From contig WREW01000001.1 of assembly GCA_009779135.1 (NCBI GenBank), forward strand, positions 94,233 through 158,232: a DNA stretch of 64,000 nt, in the 5' to 3' direction. Under the pieces are notes generated by a model that worked only from the letters and a program-made list of their open reading frames with translations, made no database searches and had not been told where the DNA came from. This document shows positions 48,704 to 58,043 of this stretch, piece by piece. This stretch comes from Alphaproteobacteria bacterium (lineage in GTDB: Bacteria; Pseudomonadota; Alphaproteobacteria; UBA9219). The translations under genes were made by a program, and so were the position numbers. Within the stretch, counting starts at the first letter, position 1. The number at the start of each line of letters is the position of its first letter.

Positions 48704-50647
48704 TTGAAAATTGTGCGCGATCTGATTGGGGAAATAAAAGATAAATTATCCTCGGCTTTGACGGGGCCGACTTCGGCTGCGCCTGAAACGCCTTCGCCCG
48801 CAGCTCCCAAAGCACCACCAGCCGCAAAACCGGCATCAAGCGCTTCCGCGCGCCCGACGGCCTCGGCAACGCCGCCCAAGGAAACCCCGCCCGCCGGCAA
48901 TAAATCATCTTCATCCCAAAAACAGCTTCATGATGATACGTCTGACTCCTCCAAGGTAAAGGTTGAAGATGAACGCAGTCTGGCCGTTGAAGGCGGGCTT
49001 GAGTTTACGGGCACGGTTCTGACGTCCGAAGACGGCGCGCTTAAAATACCTACCGAATCGCGCAATCTGTGCGTTTTGTTCGACAACGGCATGTGGCTTG
49101 TAAGCGCCTCGCACAGGCTTTCGCCGCTTGTGACATCTGTGGCGCAAATGGCAAGGCGTCACGGCTACAAGATCAATCCGCCGCGCTATGTTACGCCTAA
49201 TATTGTCCGCGCGGCCTATCTTTATGCCGACCGCCAGAACGCGGTTATGCGCCTTGATGACAACACGGTGCGCCGCCGCATTGTGGAAACGCTGCAAAAA
49301 GCCGCCAATGCCGGCGCCAACGATATTCATATCGAAGCCAGCGAAGGCCGCACGCGCATCGAGTTCCGCATTGATGGCGCTTTGCGCCTATGGGAAACAT
49401 GGACGCAAAAGGAAGGGGAGCTGATGCTCGCCTCCGTCTATTCGCACTCGGTGGGCCAATCCGGCGCAACCGCCAACTGGCAGGAGCCGCAAGCGGCCAT
49501 GCTCACCTCCACGGCCACGGGACCGGACACGCTGGCGCTGCCCAAAGGCGTGATCTCGGTGCGCTGCCAGTGGGTGCCTTTGTCGGATGGCGGGCGCTAT
49601 CTTAATATGCGCCTTCAATATGACTCGGCGCATTTGTTTGGCGAAAACTTTATTATGGCGGACGTGGACTCGCTTGGTTTTTCGCAAGAGCAGCTCAAGG
49701 TCGTCAAAAGCCTGCGACAGGCCCCGGGCGGCATGCGCATTTTTGCGGGGCCGGTGAATCAGGGTAAAACGACAACCCTGCGCGTGACGCTCAATCGCCG
49801 CATGGCTGAAACCAATATGCAGCTTAACTGTCTTTTGGTGGAAGATCCACCCGAAGGCGGCATTGTCGGCGCAAGACAGGTGGGTGTGTCATCCTCGGTC
49901 AAAGATGAACAGCGCGAAAAATCCTTTGTCGAGATCATGCGCTGCATGCTTCGTCTTGATCCTGACATCGTGATGCTTGGTGAGGTGCGCGATATTCAAA
50001 CGGCCCAGTTTGCCTTTCGTCTGGCTCTGACGGGACGTCAGGTCTATACGACAACGCACGTTTATTCGGCTCTGGCGGTTCCGCAGCGTCTGCGCGACAT
50101 CGGGATGGAGCCTTATCTTGTTTATGACTACCACCTTGTGCGCGGCATGTTCTGTCAGCGGCTTTTGCGCGGCATGTGCTCTTATTGCCGGATTCCTCTG
50201 GCGCAGGTGGCGGATGAATATGGGCCTCTCTACAGCGATCTTATGAGCCGCATAAGATGCGGTCTTGCGCTGATGGATGCTTCGCGCTCTGTCGGCACAG
50301 GCTCGCCCCTTGATCGTTTGTCCGAGCCGGATCTGAGCAATATTTATTTCGCCAACCCCGAAGGATGCAAACACTGCTTTAAAGGGCGGGTAGGCCGTAC
50401 CATCTGCGCCGAAGTGATCGAAACCGACCAGAGAATCATGGAGCTTTTACAGGACAACCGCATGGAGGATGCGCGTGAATACTGGCTTTCACCGACAGGC
50501 ATGAACGGCGTGACCATGCTATGGCATGCGCTTGAAAAAATCCGCCGTGGTGAAGTTTCTCCGGATGACGCCGAGTTTGAAGTGGGCTACCTTGCAAGTG
50601 AAAAAGACATCGTAGAAATCGAAAAAAGGCTGGGAGAAACCGCATGA
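48704..50647 (+). CDS. PilQ-like pilus assembly ATPase (GspE/PilB family)
   Basis: Walker A GPVNQGKTTTL; VMLGEVRD; tetra-Cys CSYC...CKHC zinc motif; N-terminal Ala/Pro-rich low-complexity extension. Confidence 0.85.
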   Translation: MKIVRDLIGEIKDKLSSALTGPTSAAPETPSPAAPKAPPAAKPASSASARPTASATPPKETPPAGNKSSSSQKQLHDDTSDSSKVKVEDERSLAVEGGLEFTGTVLTSEDGALKIPTESRNLCVLFDNGMWLVSASHRLSPLVTSVAQMARRHGYKINPPRYVTPNIVRAAYLYADRQNAVMRLDDNTVRRRIVETLQKAANAGANDIHIEASEGRTRIEFRIDGALRLWETWTQKEGELMLASVYSHSVGQSGATANWQEPQAAMLTSTATGPDTLALPKGVISVRCQWVPLSDGGRYLNMRLQYDSAHLFGENFIMADVDSLGFSQEQLKVVKSLRQAPGGMRIFAGPVNQGKTTTLRVTLNRRMAETNMQLNCLLVEDPPEGGIVGARQVGVSSSVKDEQREKSFVEIMRCMLRLDPDIVMLGEVRDIQTAQFAFRLALTGRQVYTTTHVYSALAVPQRLRDIGMEPYLVYDYHLVRGMFCQRLLRGMCSYCRIPLAQVADEYGPLYSDLMSRIRCGLALMDASRSVGTGSPLDRLSEPDLSNIYFANPEGCKHCFKGRVGRTICAEVIETDQRIMELLQDNRMEDAREYWLSPTGMNGVTMLWHALEKIRRGEVSPDDAEFEVGYLASEKDIVEIEKRLGETA

Positions 50648-51741
50648 ACATCGACATGGAAGATTTCGGCCGCCGGATCGCGCAGCTTCAATTCAAAAAC
50701 AGCCGCAAGCAGAGAATGCGCGTTTATCGCAAGCTTGAAGGCATGCTGCGCATGAACGAAGCTCTTTCGCGTGCGCTGGATCGCCTTTTTCAAAATGCTT
50801 CCGAGATGGGCAAATACCCAAACCGCCCCGCCGCGCGCGCGCTAAGGGAATGGTTTTTGAAAGACCGCGCCGGACAAGGCCTTTCCGAAGCCATGGACGG
50901 CTGGGTGCCTGATGCGGATATTTACATGATTCGCGCAGGGGAAGAGTCAGGCGCGATGGCCAAATCCCTCAAATCCATCCAGACCATGGGAGAGCGGGCC
51001 AAGCAAATGCGCGCCGCCGTGACGTACGCCATCGCCTACCCGGGTTTTATGCTTTTGCTTGTGGCGGGCGTGCTTTGGATGTTCGGCGTGCAGCTTATTC
51101 AAAACATGCGCAAGACCGCCCCGCCAAGCGTTATGGCCGCCATGGGCGGCGTGGGTGCCGTTTCGGATTTTATTGCGAATTGGGGCATATGGATTTTAGT
51201 CGGGATTTTCGTGGCGGTCATCATCATTGCCGTCACCATGCCTGTCTGGACGGGAAAAATCAGGATCAAGCTCGACAAATATCCGCCATGGGCGTGGTAT
51301 CGCGTGGTGCAAGGCAGTGGTTTTCTTTTGGGCCTGTCCTCGCTTTTAGGCTCGCAGGTTCCCCTCAAGCGCGCGCTTGAGATTTTGGAAGAACAAGCCC
51401 GCCCGTGGCTGCGGGAGCGCGTGCATGCCGCCCGTCAGGAAGTTTTGCGCGGTCGTAATCTTGGCGAGGCGTTGCGCACAGGCGGGTATAATTTCCCCGA
51501 CCCTTCCGTTGCGATTGACCTTGAGATTTTATCAGAGCGCGCGGATGTCGGCACGGTGATTGAAGAAGTGACCGATGAATGGATTGAAGACCAGATTGAA
51601 ATGCTTCAAGCCCAAGCGGTGGTGGCGCGCAATGTCGGCCTTGTGGTTGTGGCCGGAACGATTGTCTGGGCCTTCCGCTCCGTCTTTGCGGTTGTTGAGG
51701 CGGTGTCCAAAACCGGAAGCGGCGGCGGCGGCATGATGTAG
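50644..51741 (+). CDS. PilR-like inner-membrane platform protein (GspF/PilC family)
   Basis: 365 aa (the same length class as R64 PilR); three TM clusters with cytoplasmic domains in a GspF-like arrangement; overlaps the pilQ stop. Confidence 0.75.
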   Translation: MNIDMEDFGRRIAQLQFKNSRKQRMRVYRKLEGMLRMNEALSRALDRLFQNASEMGKYPNRPAARALREWFLKDRAGQGLSEAMDGWVPDADIYMIRAGEESGAMAKSLKSIQTMGERAKQMRAAVTYAIAYPGFMLLLVAGVLWMFGVQLIQNMRKTAPPSVMAAMGGVGAVSDFIANWGIWILVGIFVAVIIIAVTMPVWTGKIRIKLDKYPPWAWYRVVQGSGFLLGLSSLLGSQVPLKRALEILEEQARPWLRERVHAARQEVLRGRNLGEALRTGGYNFPDPSVAIDLEILSERADVGTVIEEVTDEWIEDQIEMLQAQAVVARNVGLVVVAGTIVWAFRSVFAVVEAVSKTGSGGGGMM

Positions 51742-51755
51742 AAAGAGAGATTGCC

Positions 51756-52424
51756 TTGAAAAAGAGAATCCATCTTTTAAGCGCCCTGAAACACTCGCGC
51801 AAAGGGTTCAGCCTTATGGAGATCGCCATTGTTCTTGGCGGCGTGGGGCTTGTTTTGGCGGCGGTGTGGGCGGTGGCGGATGTTGTCTGGCATGGCTATC
51901 ACTTCAGGAAAATGTCGCAGCAGATCACGACAACGACCCAGAATATCCGCACCCATTTCAGCCCGCGCGGCGGCATTTATATGCCCGGAACAGACCAACC
52001 CTATAATGTAGGCGAGGATCTTGAAGCCATGGTGAAGTTTTTACGGCTTATTCCCATAGAAATGCGCGAAGATCCCACGCGGGGCGATGACCCCGTTCAT
52101 CATGCTCTAGGCTCGGGCGACACAAGCAGCTTTCTTGTCAGGGCCGCCCAAAATAACGTAGGCGAAGCAACGTCGAAACGTTTTGAAATCATGGTGCGCC
52201 ACCTGCAGCGAAGTGATTGCATGCGGCTTTTAATGGAGTTTCCTGCTTTAATCCCCGAAATAGGCGTCCGCAGGGTATGTACAACAGCGGTCTGCTACAA
52301 CATTAATCCTGATGTCCCCGACACGGCGGACAATCAGGTCTTTCCCCTGACGCTGACAACGGCGGAAAGAATGTGCTCCAATCCGGATGGTGAGAACGAT
52401 GTCTCTTTCACTTTTATCCTTTAA
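51756..52424 (+). CDS. PilS-like type IVb prepilin (major pilin)
   Basis: Long basic leader ending ...RKG then FSLMEIAIVLGGVGLVLAAVWA; Gly(-1) and Glu(+5) prepilin signature with a hydrophobic helix. Confidence 0.75.
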   Translation: MKKRIHLLSALKHSRKGFSLMEIAIVLGGVGLVLAAVWAVADVVWHGYHFRKMSQQITTTTQNIRTHFSPRGGIYMPGTDQPYNVGEDLEAMVKFLRLIPIEMREDPTRGDDPVHHALGSGDTSSFLVRAAQNNVGEATSKRFEIMVRHLQRSDCMRLLMEFPALIPEIGVRRVCTTAVCYNINPDVPDTADNQVFPLTLTTAERMCSNPDGENDVSFTFIL

Positions 52425-53052
52425 ACGACCTCAAGTCGGCAAAAACAGCCGCGCCGGCTACACGCTTCTTGAAATGGGCCTCGTCATGATTGTGATGGTG
52501 ACGCTTTTTGCATCGCTTTGGGTGGTTGTGGCGCTGGTGACCCAGTCGATTTACCGCAAGCAGACCGTCAATCAAATCCTGCTTACGATCAACAATGTGC
52601 GCGATTTTTACACATCAAGCCTGCGCGTGCAGACGCCTGCGGGAAGCTCGGCAGCGGCGGATTTGACCAACTATCTTTTACGCCGTGGCGTTTTGCTGCC
52701 CGACCAGATCCGTGACCGCACGGCGGCCGTCTGGGTGGCGGATCTCCCTTGGGGGCCTGTGGCGGCGTCAGGCACCGTGATGAATGAAGGCGGCTTTGCC
52801 ATTGACGCGGCAGGGATTGATTCCTCGCGTTTCTTCAGATTGACGCTACGCGGCCTCAGCCGTTCAAATTGCATCACATTGTCGCCGGCCTTGACAGGGG
52901 TTGGCATGCCTGAAGGGCTGACAAGCGTGACCATCAATGACAATGCCCCTTCGCAACCCCCCGTGTCGCCGGATCAGGCAACCATTGAATGTGTGGAGCC
53001 TGAGGGTTTGGCGAACACGATTGAGCTCGTTTACAACCTAAGACGGGCGTAA
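52387..53052 (+). CDS. PilV-like minor pilin/adhesin (no shufflon)
   Basis: Leader ...NSRAG then YTLLEMGLVMIVMVTLFASLW prepilin signature; overlaps the pilS 3' end; no repeated 19-bp shufflon sites or rci recombinase nearby. Confidence 0.6.
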   Translation: MVRTMSLSLLSFKRPQVGKNSRAGYTLLEMGLVMIVMVTLFASLWVVVALVTQSIYRKQTVNQILLTINNVRDFYTSSLRVQTPAGSSAAADLTNYLLRRGVLLPDQIRDRTAAVWVADLPWGPVAASGTVMNEGGFAIDAAGIDSSRFFRLTLRGLSRSNCITLSPALTGVGMPEGLTSVTINDNAPSQPPVSPDQATIECVEPEGLANTIELVYNLRRA

Positions 53053-53186
53053 CGGAAACAAAATATCCGTTGTTTTTCAATGCCATGCAAAAAAATCCCA
53101 AAAAAGGCAAAATTGTGCATTATTTTCGTGATTTACTTTCACAACATGTGCTATAAGAGCGTCAGTTTTTTCAAAGGTCATAAGGG

Positions 53187-53693
53187 ATGGCAGTAGCTAT
53201 GGACATGAAAAACGAAGATGACCCCGCACAGAAAAACCAGAAATCCGTTTCGGCATCCATAAGCGGAATAGGACTTTCTTGGGCAGATCAAGATGATCTG
53301 TTGCGGCAGATGTGGCTGGATGGAAAACCGCAGGATGACATTGCGGCGGCGCTTGGACGCTCGGCAGCCGCGATTATGACGCGCGCGGCGCGTTTAGGCC
53401 TGCCGCGCCGCATGGCGCCGGGACGCAAGCGCGGCTATAAGCGCACCAACAGCAATGAGCGGCGCAAACTGGCCGCCGCCGGATCGCGCCGGATTCGCCT
53501 TGCTTTGCCGGAAGCGCCGGAGGAAGAAGACGTTTACGTGCCGCCTGAAGTCAAAACGCGCGTTTGCCTGATGTGCCTGAACAAGTTTCAATCGCAAGGA
53601 CGGCATAACCGCTTATGTTCTTCCTGCAAGGGCTCGGCGGATTATGCGACAGGCAACAGCACGCCGGACTTTACCTTTTCGGTTTCGAATTAA
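53187..53693 (+). CDS. GcrA-family cell-cycle-regulator-like protein
   Basis: N-terminal LSWADQDDLLRQMWLDGKPQDDIAAALGRSAAAIMTRAARLGLPRR matches the GcrA HTH pattern (W..E....L..LW..G.S...IA..LG...R.A...K..RLGL); basic linker; C-terminal CLMCLN...CSSCK Cys cluster. Confidence 0.6.
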   Translation: MAVAMDMKNEDDPAQKNQKSVSASISGIGLSWADQDDLLRQMWLDGKPQDDIAAALGRSAAAIMTRAARLGLPRRMAPGRKRGYKRTNSNERRKLAAAGSRRIRLALPEAPEEEDVYVPPEVKTRVCLMCLNKFQSQGRHNRLCSSCKGSADYATGNSTPDFTFSVSN

Positions 53694-53766
53694 CACAGCA
53701 TGCGGACAAATTGAGCTGGCGTCAGCCGTAGTTTTGCGTTTATACTAAAAACGCAAAAACGCCCTT

Positions 53767-54423
53767 TTGAAAGAGGTCATGATGTCGCTGAACGATGCTG
53801 TCTCCACAGTTTTATCGCGCAATACATTTTACCGCGATGGCTACAGGCTCCTGCTGCGTATCAGCCTGATTCAGGGCCTTGTAATTATTCTTTTGATCGC
53901 CTCGATTGTCACGATCGTTCTTTCGCTGGAAACGCGGTATATTTATTTCGCCACCACGGCGGATGGCCGCATCATCAATATTGTGCCTTTGAACGAACCC
54001 TACCGCACGCGCGGGGACGTGATTGCTTGGGCTGCGGGACGGGCGCAGGATGTGATGCGCTTTGGCTATAATGATTTCCGCCAGCGTTTGCAGGAATCAT
54101 CACAGCATTTCTCGGAAACAGGATGGGCCAGCTTTACAAAAGCCATGAAAGACGCCCGCATTCTGGAGGCTGTTGAAGGCCGCAAGCTGACGGTGGCTTT
54201 GGATGTTAACTCCGCCCCAGAGGTGCGCCGCGCCTTTGTGAATGAAGGCGTTTACACCTGGATTTTACAGTTTCCGGCCACCATTCGCTTTGACGGGCCG
54301 CAGGCGCCGCAGCCGATGCAGATTATCTTGACGCTTCAAATCGTGCGCGTCTCAACCCTGCAAAATCCGGCGGGAATCAGTATTGAGCAATGGATTGCCT
54401 CGCCTCGGGCAGGAGGAGGTTAA
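53767..54423 (+). CDS. DotI/IcmL/TraM-like T4BSS inner-membrane protein
   Basis: 218 aa; single N-terminal TM (LIQGLVIILLIASIVTIVLSL) then periplasmic domain; size and topology of IcmL; followed by a paralog, as with icmL/icmM in Legionella. Confidence 0.6.
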   Translation: MKEVMMSLNDAVSTVLSRNTFYRDGYRLLLRISLIQGLVIILLIASIVTIVLSLETRYIYFATTADGRIINIVPLNEPYRTRGDVIAWAAGRAQDVMRFGYNDFRQRLQESSQHFSETGWASFTKAMKDARILEAVEGRKLTVALDVNSAPEVRRAFVNEGVYTWILQFPATIRFDGPQAPQPMQIILTLQIVRVSTLQNPAGISIEQWIASPRAGGG

Positions 54424-54428
54424 GCGCC

Positions 54429-55163
54429 ATGCCGCAGAAGCCTCCGGAAACAGCCGCGAAGGCACCTTCTGGGCCTGAAAAAAAGAAAGCGCCCCCCAAG
54501 GTCAAAAAGGGGTGGAGTTTTTTCGATGATTCGCCCCCGCCTCAGGCGCTGAAAGGCGATCAGCTTTTCATTTATAAAAAACATAAAAATCTTTTAAGGC
54601 ACATCAGAAGGCAGACCTATATCATCATCATCCTGACCTCGGCCCTTTTTTTGACGCGGCCCTTTTTTCAGCCCATCATGGTCTATGTCGGCCTTGCGCC
54701 CCAGCTTCATGAAAGGCGCGAACTGCCGCTTGTCGCGTTGACCGAGCCGAATCTGACCGACCGGGCCGTCTTATCTTGGGCCACGGCAAGCATTACGGAG
54801 ATCCTGACCTTTGGTTTTGGTGATCTTGACGCGCGGCTTATCGGCCAATCCAGCCGGTTTACGGAAGATGGCTGGATCAGCTTCGTGAAAAGCTTTTTTG
54901 AGCGCGATTTGCAGGCAAGCTTCAAGGGCCGCCAGCTTGTTTTGACCACGGTGCCTGCCGATTCGCCGGTGATTACAGGGCGCGGCGCGGATCCGGACGG
55001 CGATTACGTCTGGAATGTTCAGATGCCCGTGGTGATGACCTATGCAACAAATAACAATGTTCAAAGCCGTGTGCGTAAAGTGGTTCAGCTTACGATTGCC
55101 CGGGTTCCCGCCAAGAAAAATATAGGGGGATTAGGCATAAAAGCTTGGAAAATGCTAGGCTAA
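54429..55163 (+). CDS. DotI-paralog (DotJ/IcmM-like) T4BSS protein
   Basis: GGAGGAGG RBS; Pro/Lys-rich N-terminus, one TM, periplasmic domain alignable to the preceding protein (LNEPYRTRGDVIAWAAGRAQDVMRFGYNDF versus LTEPNLTDRAVLSWATASITEILTFGFGDL). Confidence 0.55.
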   Translation: MPQKPPETAAKAPSGPEKKKAPPKVKKGWSFFDDSPPPQALKGDQLFIYKKHKNLLRHIRRQTYIIIILTSALFLTRPFFQPIMVYVGLAPQLHERRELPLVALTEPNLTDRAVLSWATASITEILTFGFGDLDARLIGQSSRFTEDGWISFVKSFFERDLQASFKGRQLVLTTVPADSPVITGRGADPDGDYVWNVQMPVVMTYATNNNVQSRVRKVVQLTIARVPAKKNIGGLGIKAWKMLG

Positions 55164-55359
55164 GCCGGATAAAAGGTGAAAGGCACCAAAAGCCTTGGGA
55201 AAAGCCTGAAAAGAATGCTTTCAACTTCTTGACCTAGGCCATAGGGTATGAAATAGGATGGCCATGGGAAAGTAAAAGAGATAAACGATATCTTAACACT
55301 CTTAGAGTGAAACAAGATATAAGTATATCCGGACGTTCAACCTGATTCGGGGATGGCAA

Positions 55360-56496
55360 TTGTTGTATAAACAGGGACGAAAAATAGCCGCATCCGTTGT
55401 CCTTGGCGCGGCTTTGACAGGTCTAATGACATGCGCGGCTGTGACAGCTTGGGCGCAGACAGGGCCAACGGCGCAGGCTATACCGCAGGATCTTTTGGAA
55501 GCGTTGCGTGAAGGCGCGCCAGTTCCGCCCCCCCCCAGTCCGCCCGCCGAGCAAGCGCAGAACAAAGAAAATGAAAGAGGGATTGAGCTCGACAGCCTCC
55601 CCCCCCTGCCGGAAATAACGGCCGAGCAGATGCTTTTGGAAAGACAGGCCTTTGAAGCCGCAGAAGCCGCCCGCGAGGAGGAAGAACGGATCCGCAAGGA
55701 AGAAGAGCATAACCGCAGATCCTACAAGCGCGCCACAGAAGGCCTTTTCCCGCTGACGCCGGAGCAGATTCGCCATTTCATGGAAAGGCTTGAAGCAACG
55801 CAGGCCGTCTCTGAGATGCCCTCTGGCGGCCAGCCGCAGGGCGAAGTCAAAATTGTCCATCTTTCTTTGGACCCCGGCGGGCAGCCGCCCACCATCAATC
55901 TTGCCGCAGGCTATGTCACCACCATTGACCTTATCGATCAGACGGGGGAGCCTTGGCCGATCGCGGACGTTGGTGTAGGCGGAAACTTTGAAGTCACGCC
56001 GACCGAGGCCGGCTCGCATGTTGTAAGGGTGATTCCTTTAACGCGGGTGGGCACGGGCAATCTGTCGATTTTGCTGAAAGGCCTTTCAACGCCGATCATC
56101 TTCAGACTATCTGCGGGCGGGCCGACTTTTCACATGCGCTTTGACGCCAGCGTGCCGCAGCTCGGCCCCAACGCAAAAACGCCTTTGATTAAGCAGCGGC
56201 GCGGCGTTGTGGCAGGGGATGTGGCCATGACGATGATTTTGGAGAATGCACCGCCTGACGGGGCGCAGCGTTTGAGGGTGGGCGGCCTTGATGCCCGCAC
56301 CATGGCTTGGCAGCTTGGGGGTCGGGTTTATGTGCGCACGCCGCTGACTTTGCTGTCACCGGCTTGGAATGCCAGCGCATCTTCGGCGGATGGAATGACC
56401 GTTTATGAAATCGGCGATGCGCCGGTGCTTTTGGTATCTGATAACGGCGCCATGATAAGGGCGCGCCTTATGCGGGATGAAAATGATGTCAAATAA
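55360..56496 (+). CDS. DotH/IcmK/TraN-like T4BSS outer-membrane-associated core protein
   Basis: Signal peptide; Pro-rich and acidic linker; C-terminal beta-rich domain (KIVHLSLDPGGQPPTINLAAGYVTTIDLID...); 378 aa versus IcmK 360 aa; position after the DotI-like pair. Confidence 0.55.
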   Translation: MLYKQGRKIAASVVLGAALTGLMTCAAVTAWAQTGPTAQAIPQDLLEALREGAPVPPPPSPPAEQAQNKENERGIELDSLPPLPEITAEQMLLERQAFEAAEAAREEEERIRKEEEHNRRSYKRATEGLFPLTPEQIRHFMERLEATQAVSEMPSGGQPQGEVKIVHLSLDPGGQPPTINLAAGYVTTIDLIDQTGEPWPIADVGVGGNFEVTPTEAGSHVVRVIPLTRVGTGNLSILLKGLSTPIIFRLSAGGPTFHMRFDASVPQLGPNAKTPLIKQRRGVVAGDVAMTMILENAPPDGAQRLRVGGLDARTMAWQLGGRVYVRTPLTLLSPAWNASASSADGMTVYEIGDAPVLLVSDNGAMIRARLMRDENDVK

Positions 56497-57982
56497 CATG
56501 GACGACGAATTCACCGAGTCTTTCGAGCCGTTTGAGGACCCCTCGGAAGCGCCTCAAAAGCCAAGCGTCAAGCAAGGGCTAAAGGAAGCTTGGCGCACCA
56601 AGCCGATCCTGAAGCTTCTGGTCATCATGGCCGTTGTGATTATATCGCTGACCGTTGTTTTGGCCGCAACATCAGGCAAGCGTGAAGCGCCTGTTACACA
56701 GCTTGCGCGCGCGCCCGAACTCCGCGAAGTCCCCGGCGGCACAGCCACGCCCTTTTTCATTGAGCAAAATGACGCCGCCAACGAAGCACGCGCGCGTCAA
56801 GCCTTAACGCAAGGCGGCAGCGCCATGCCGACCCCTGTGGGCCGTCAGGTGGAAAACCCGAAAGACATCAAAGCCGATCCGTTAAGGGAGTTCCGTGAGG
56901 AAACAGAACGTCTGCGTACCCAAAGGACGGAGCAAGATCAGAAGATCCGCGAACTTGAACGTCAGCTGGCTACCCCACGCCCTGCAACGCAGGCGCAGGT
57001 ACAGCCGCAGCAGCGACAGCAGCAGCAACAACAGCCGCCGGATAACACCCTTGCGCAGGCCATGCAAAAGCAGATGCAGGCATTGCTGAAAGGGTGGGAG
57101 CCGACACATGCGCGGTTTGTCAAAGGCGCCAAAAGCGGTCTTGAAGATACGGCAACCGGCAAAACGCAGCAAATCTCAGGCACGCCGCCGCCCGGATGGT
57201 CTTCTCTGAAATATGGCGGGGCCAAGATTATAGTGGCAGCTGGCACCGTGAACTATATTCAGCTTTTGAATGAGGCCAATTCAGATGTGCCCGGGCCGAT
57301 TTTGGCGCAGATTCTTTCCGGGCCTTTTTCGGGCGGACGGGCGATCGGCACCTTTCAGGTGATGGAAAACCATCTGGTCATGACCTTTAGAAGCGTCGCT
57401 TGGAACGGAAGTGAATATTCCATCAATGCGCTTGCTTTGGATCCCGACACGACACTTGGCGGCATGGCCACGGAAGTTGACAATCGTTATTTTATGCGCG
57501 TCGTGCTTCCGGCAGCAGCGGCTTTTGTGTCGGAGTTCGGCACGATTCTTGGCGAAACAAGAACAACCACCACGGCCCAAGATGGCGTCATATTCTCAGA
57601 ACAGACCAAAAGAGGCTATAAGGAAGCTCTCTATTCAGGTCTGGGCTCGGTGGGCCAATCCGTGGCAGGATTCCTGCGCAGTGAGGCGAGCCGGACGAGA
57701 AAAATGGTGCGTGTCGCTGTGGGAACGCCAATGGGTCTGTTTTTCCTTCAATCCGTCATGGACCCGAGGGATCCGGATACATTACAGCAGCCCCCTCCGC
57801 CGAATGACCTGACCATCCCCACGCCACAGACCAGCAGTTCTTACCAGACGCAACCTTATCAGGACAATATGGCAACGCAGGACGGTCAGCTTTCACGCGA
57901 ACAGCTCAATCAAATAATGGCCAACATGCCCAGCTCGCGTCCTGTCAATGCAATGCCGATGAACGCGCCTTATCAGCAATAG
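56477..57982 (+). CDS. DotG/IcmE/TraO-like T4BSS core protein (VirB10-like C-terminus)
   Basis: N-terminal cytoplasmic stretch, single TM (ILKLLVIMAVVIISLTVVLAA), Gln/Pro-rich coiled-coil linker and C-terminal TrbI/VirB10-like beta domain; overlaps the dotH-like stop. Confidence 0.5.
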   Translation: MKMMSNNMDDEFTESFEPFEDPSEAPQKPSVKQGLKEAWRTKPILKLLVIMAVVIISLTVVLAATSGKREAPVTQLARAPELREVPGGTATPFFIEQNDAANEARARQALTQGGSAMPTPVGRQVENPKDIKADPLREFREETERLRTQRTEQDQKIRELERQLATPRPATQAQVQPQQRQQQQQQPPDNTLAQAMQKQMQALLKGWEPTHARFVKGAKSGLEDTATGKTQQISGTPPPGWSSLKYGGAKIIVAAGTVNYIQLLNEANSDVPGPILAQILSGPFSGGRAIGTFQVMENHLVMTFRSVAWNGSEYSINALALDPDTTLGGMATEVDNRYFMRVVLPAAAAFVSEFGTILGETRTTTTAQDGVIFSEQTKRGYKEALYSGLGSVGQSVAGFLRSEASRTRKMVRVAVGTPMGLFFLQSVMDPRDPDTLQQPPPPNDLTIPTPQTSSSYQTQPYQDNMATQDGQLSREQLNQIMANMPSSRPVNAMPMNAPYQQ

Positions 57983-58043
57983 GAAGACGTTTTTGAGTTT
58001 CATGCTTTGGTGCGCCTCGTGTTCTCATTAGGGAGAGTTTGTT

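Noticed and set aside
51756-53052. Possible shufflon at the 3' end of the pilV-like gene
   Set aside because: I looked for repeated ~19-bp inverted crossover sites and for an rci recombinase near the pilV C-terminus and found neither. pilV is short and appears fixed.
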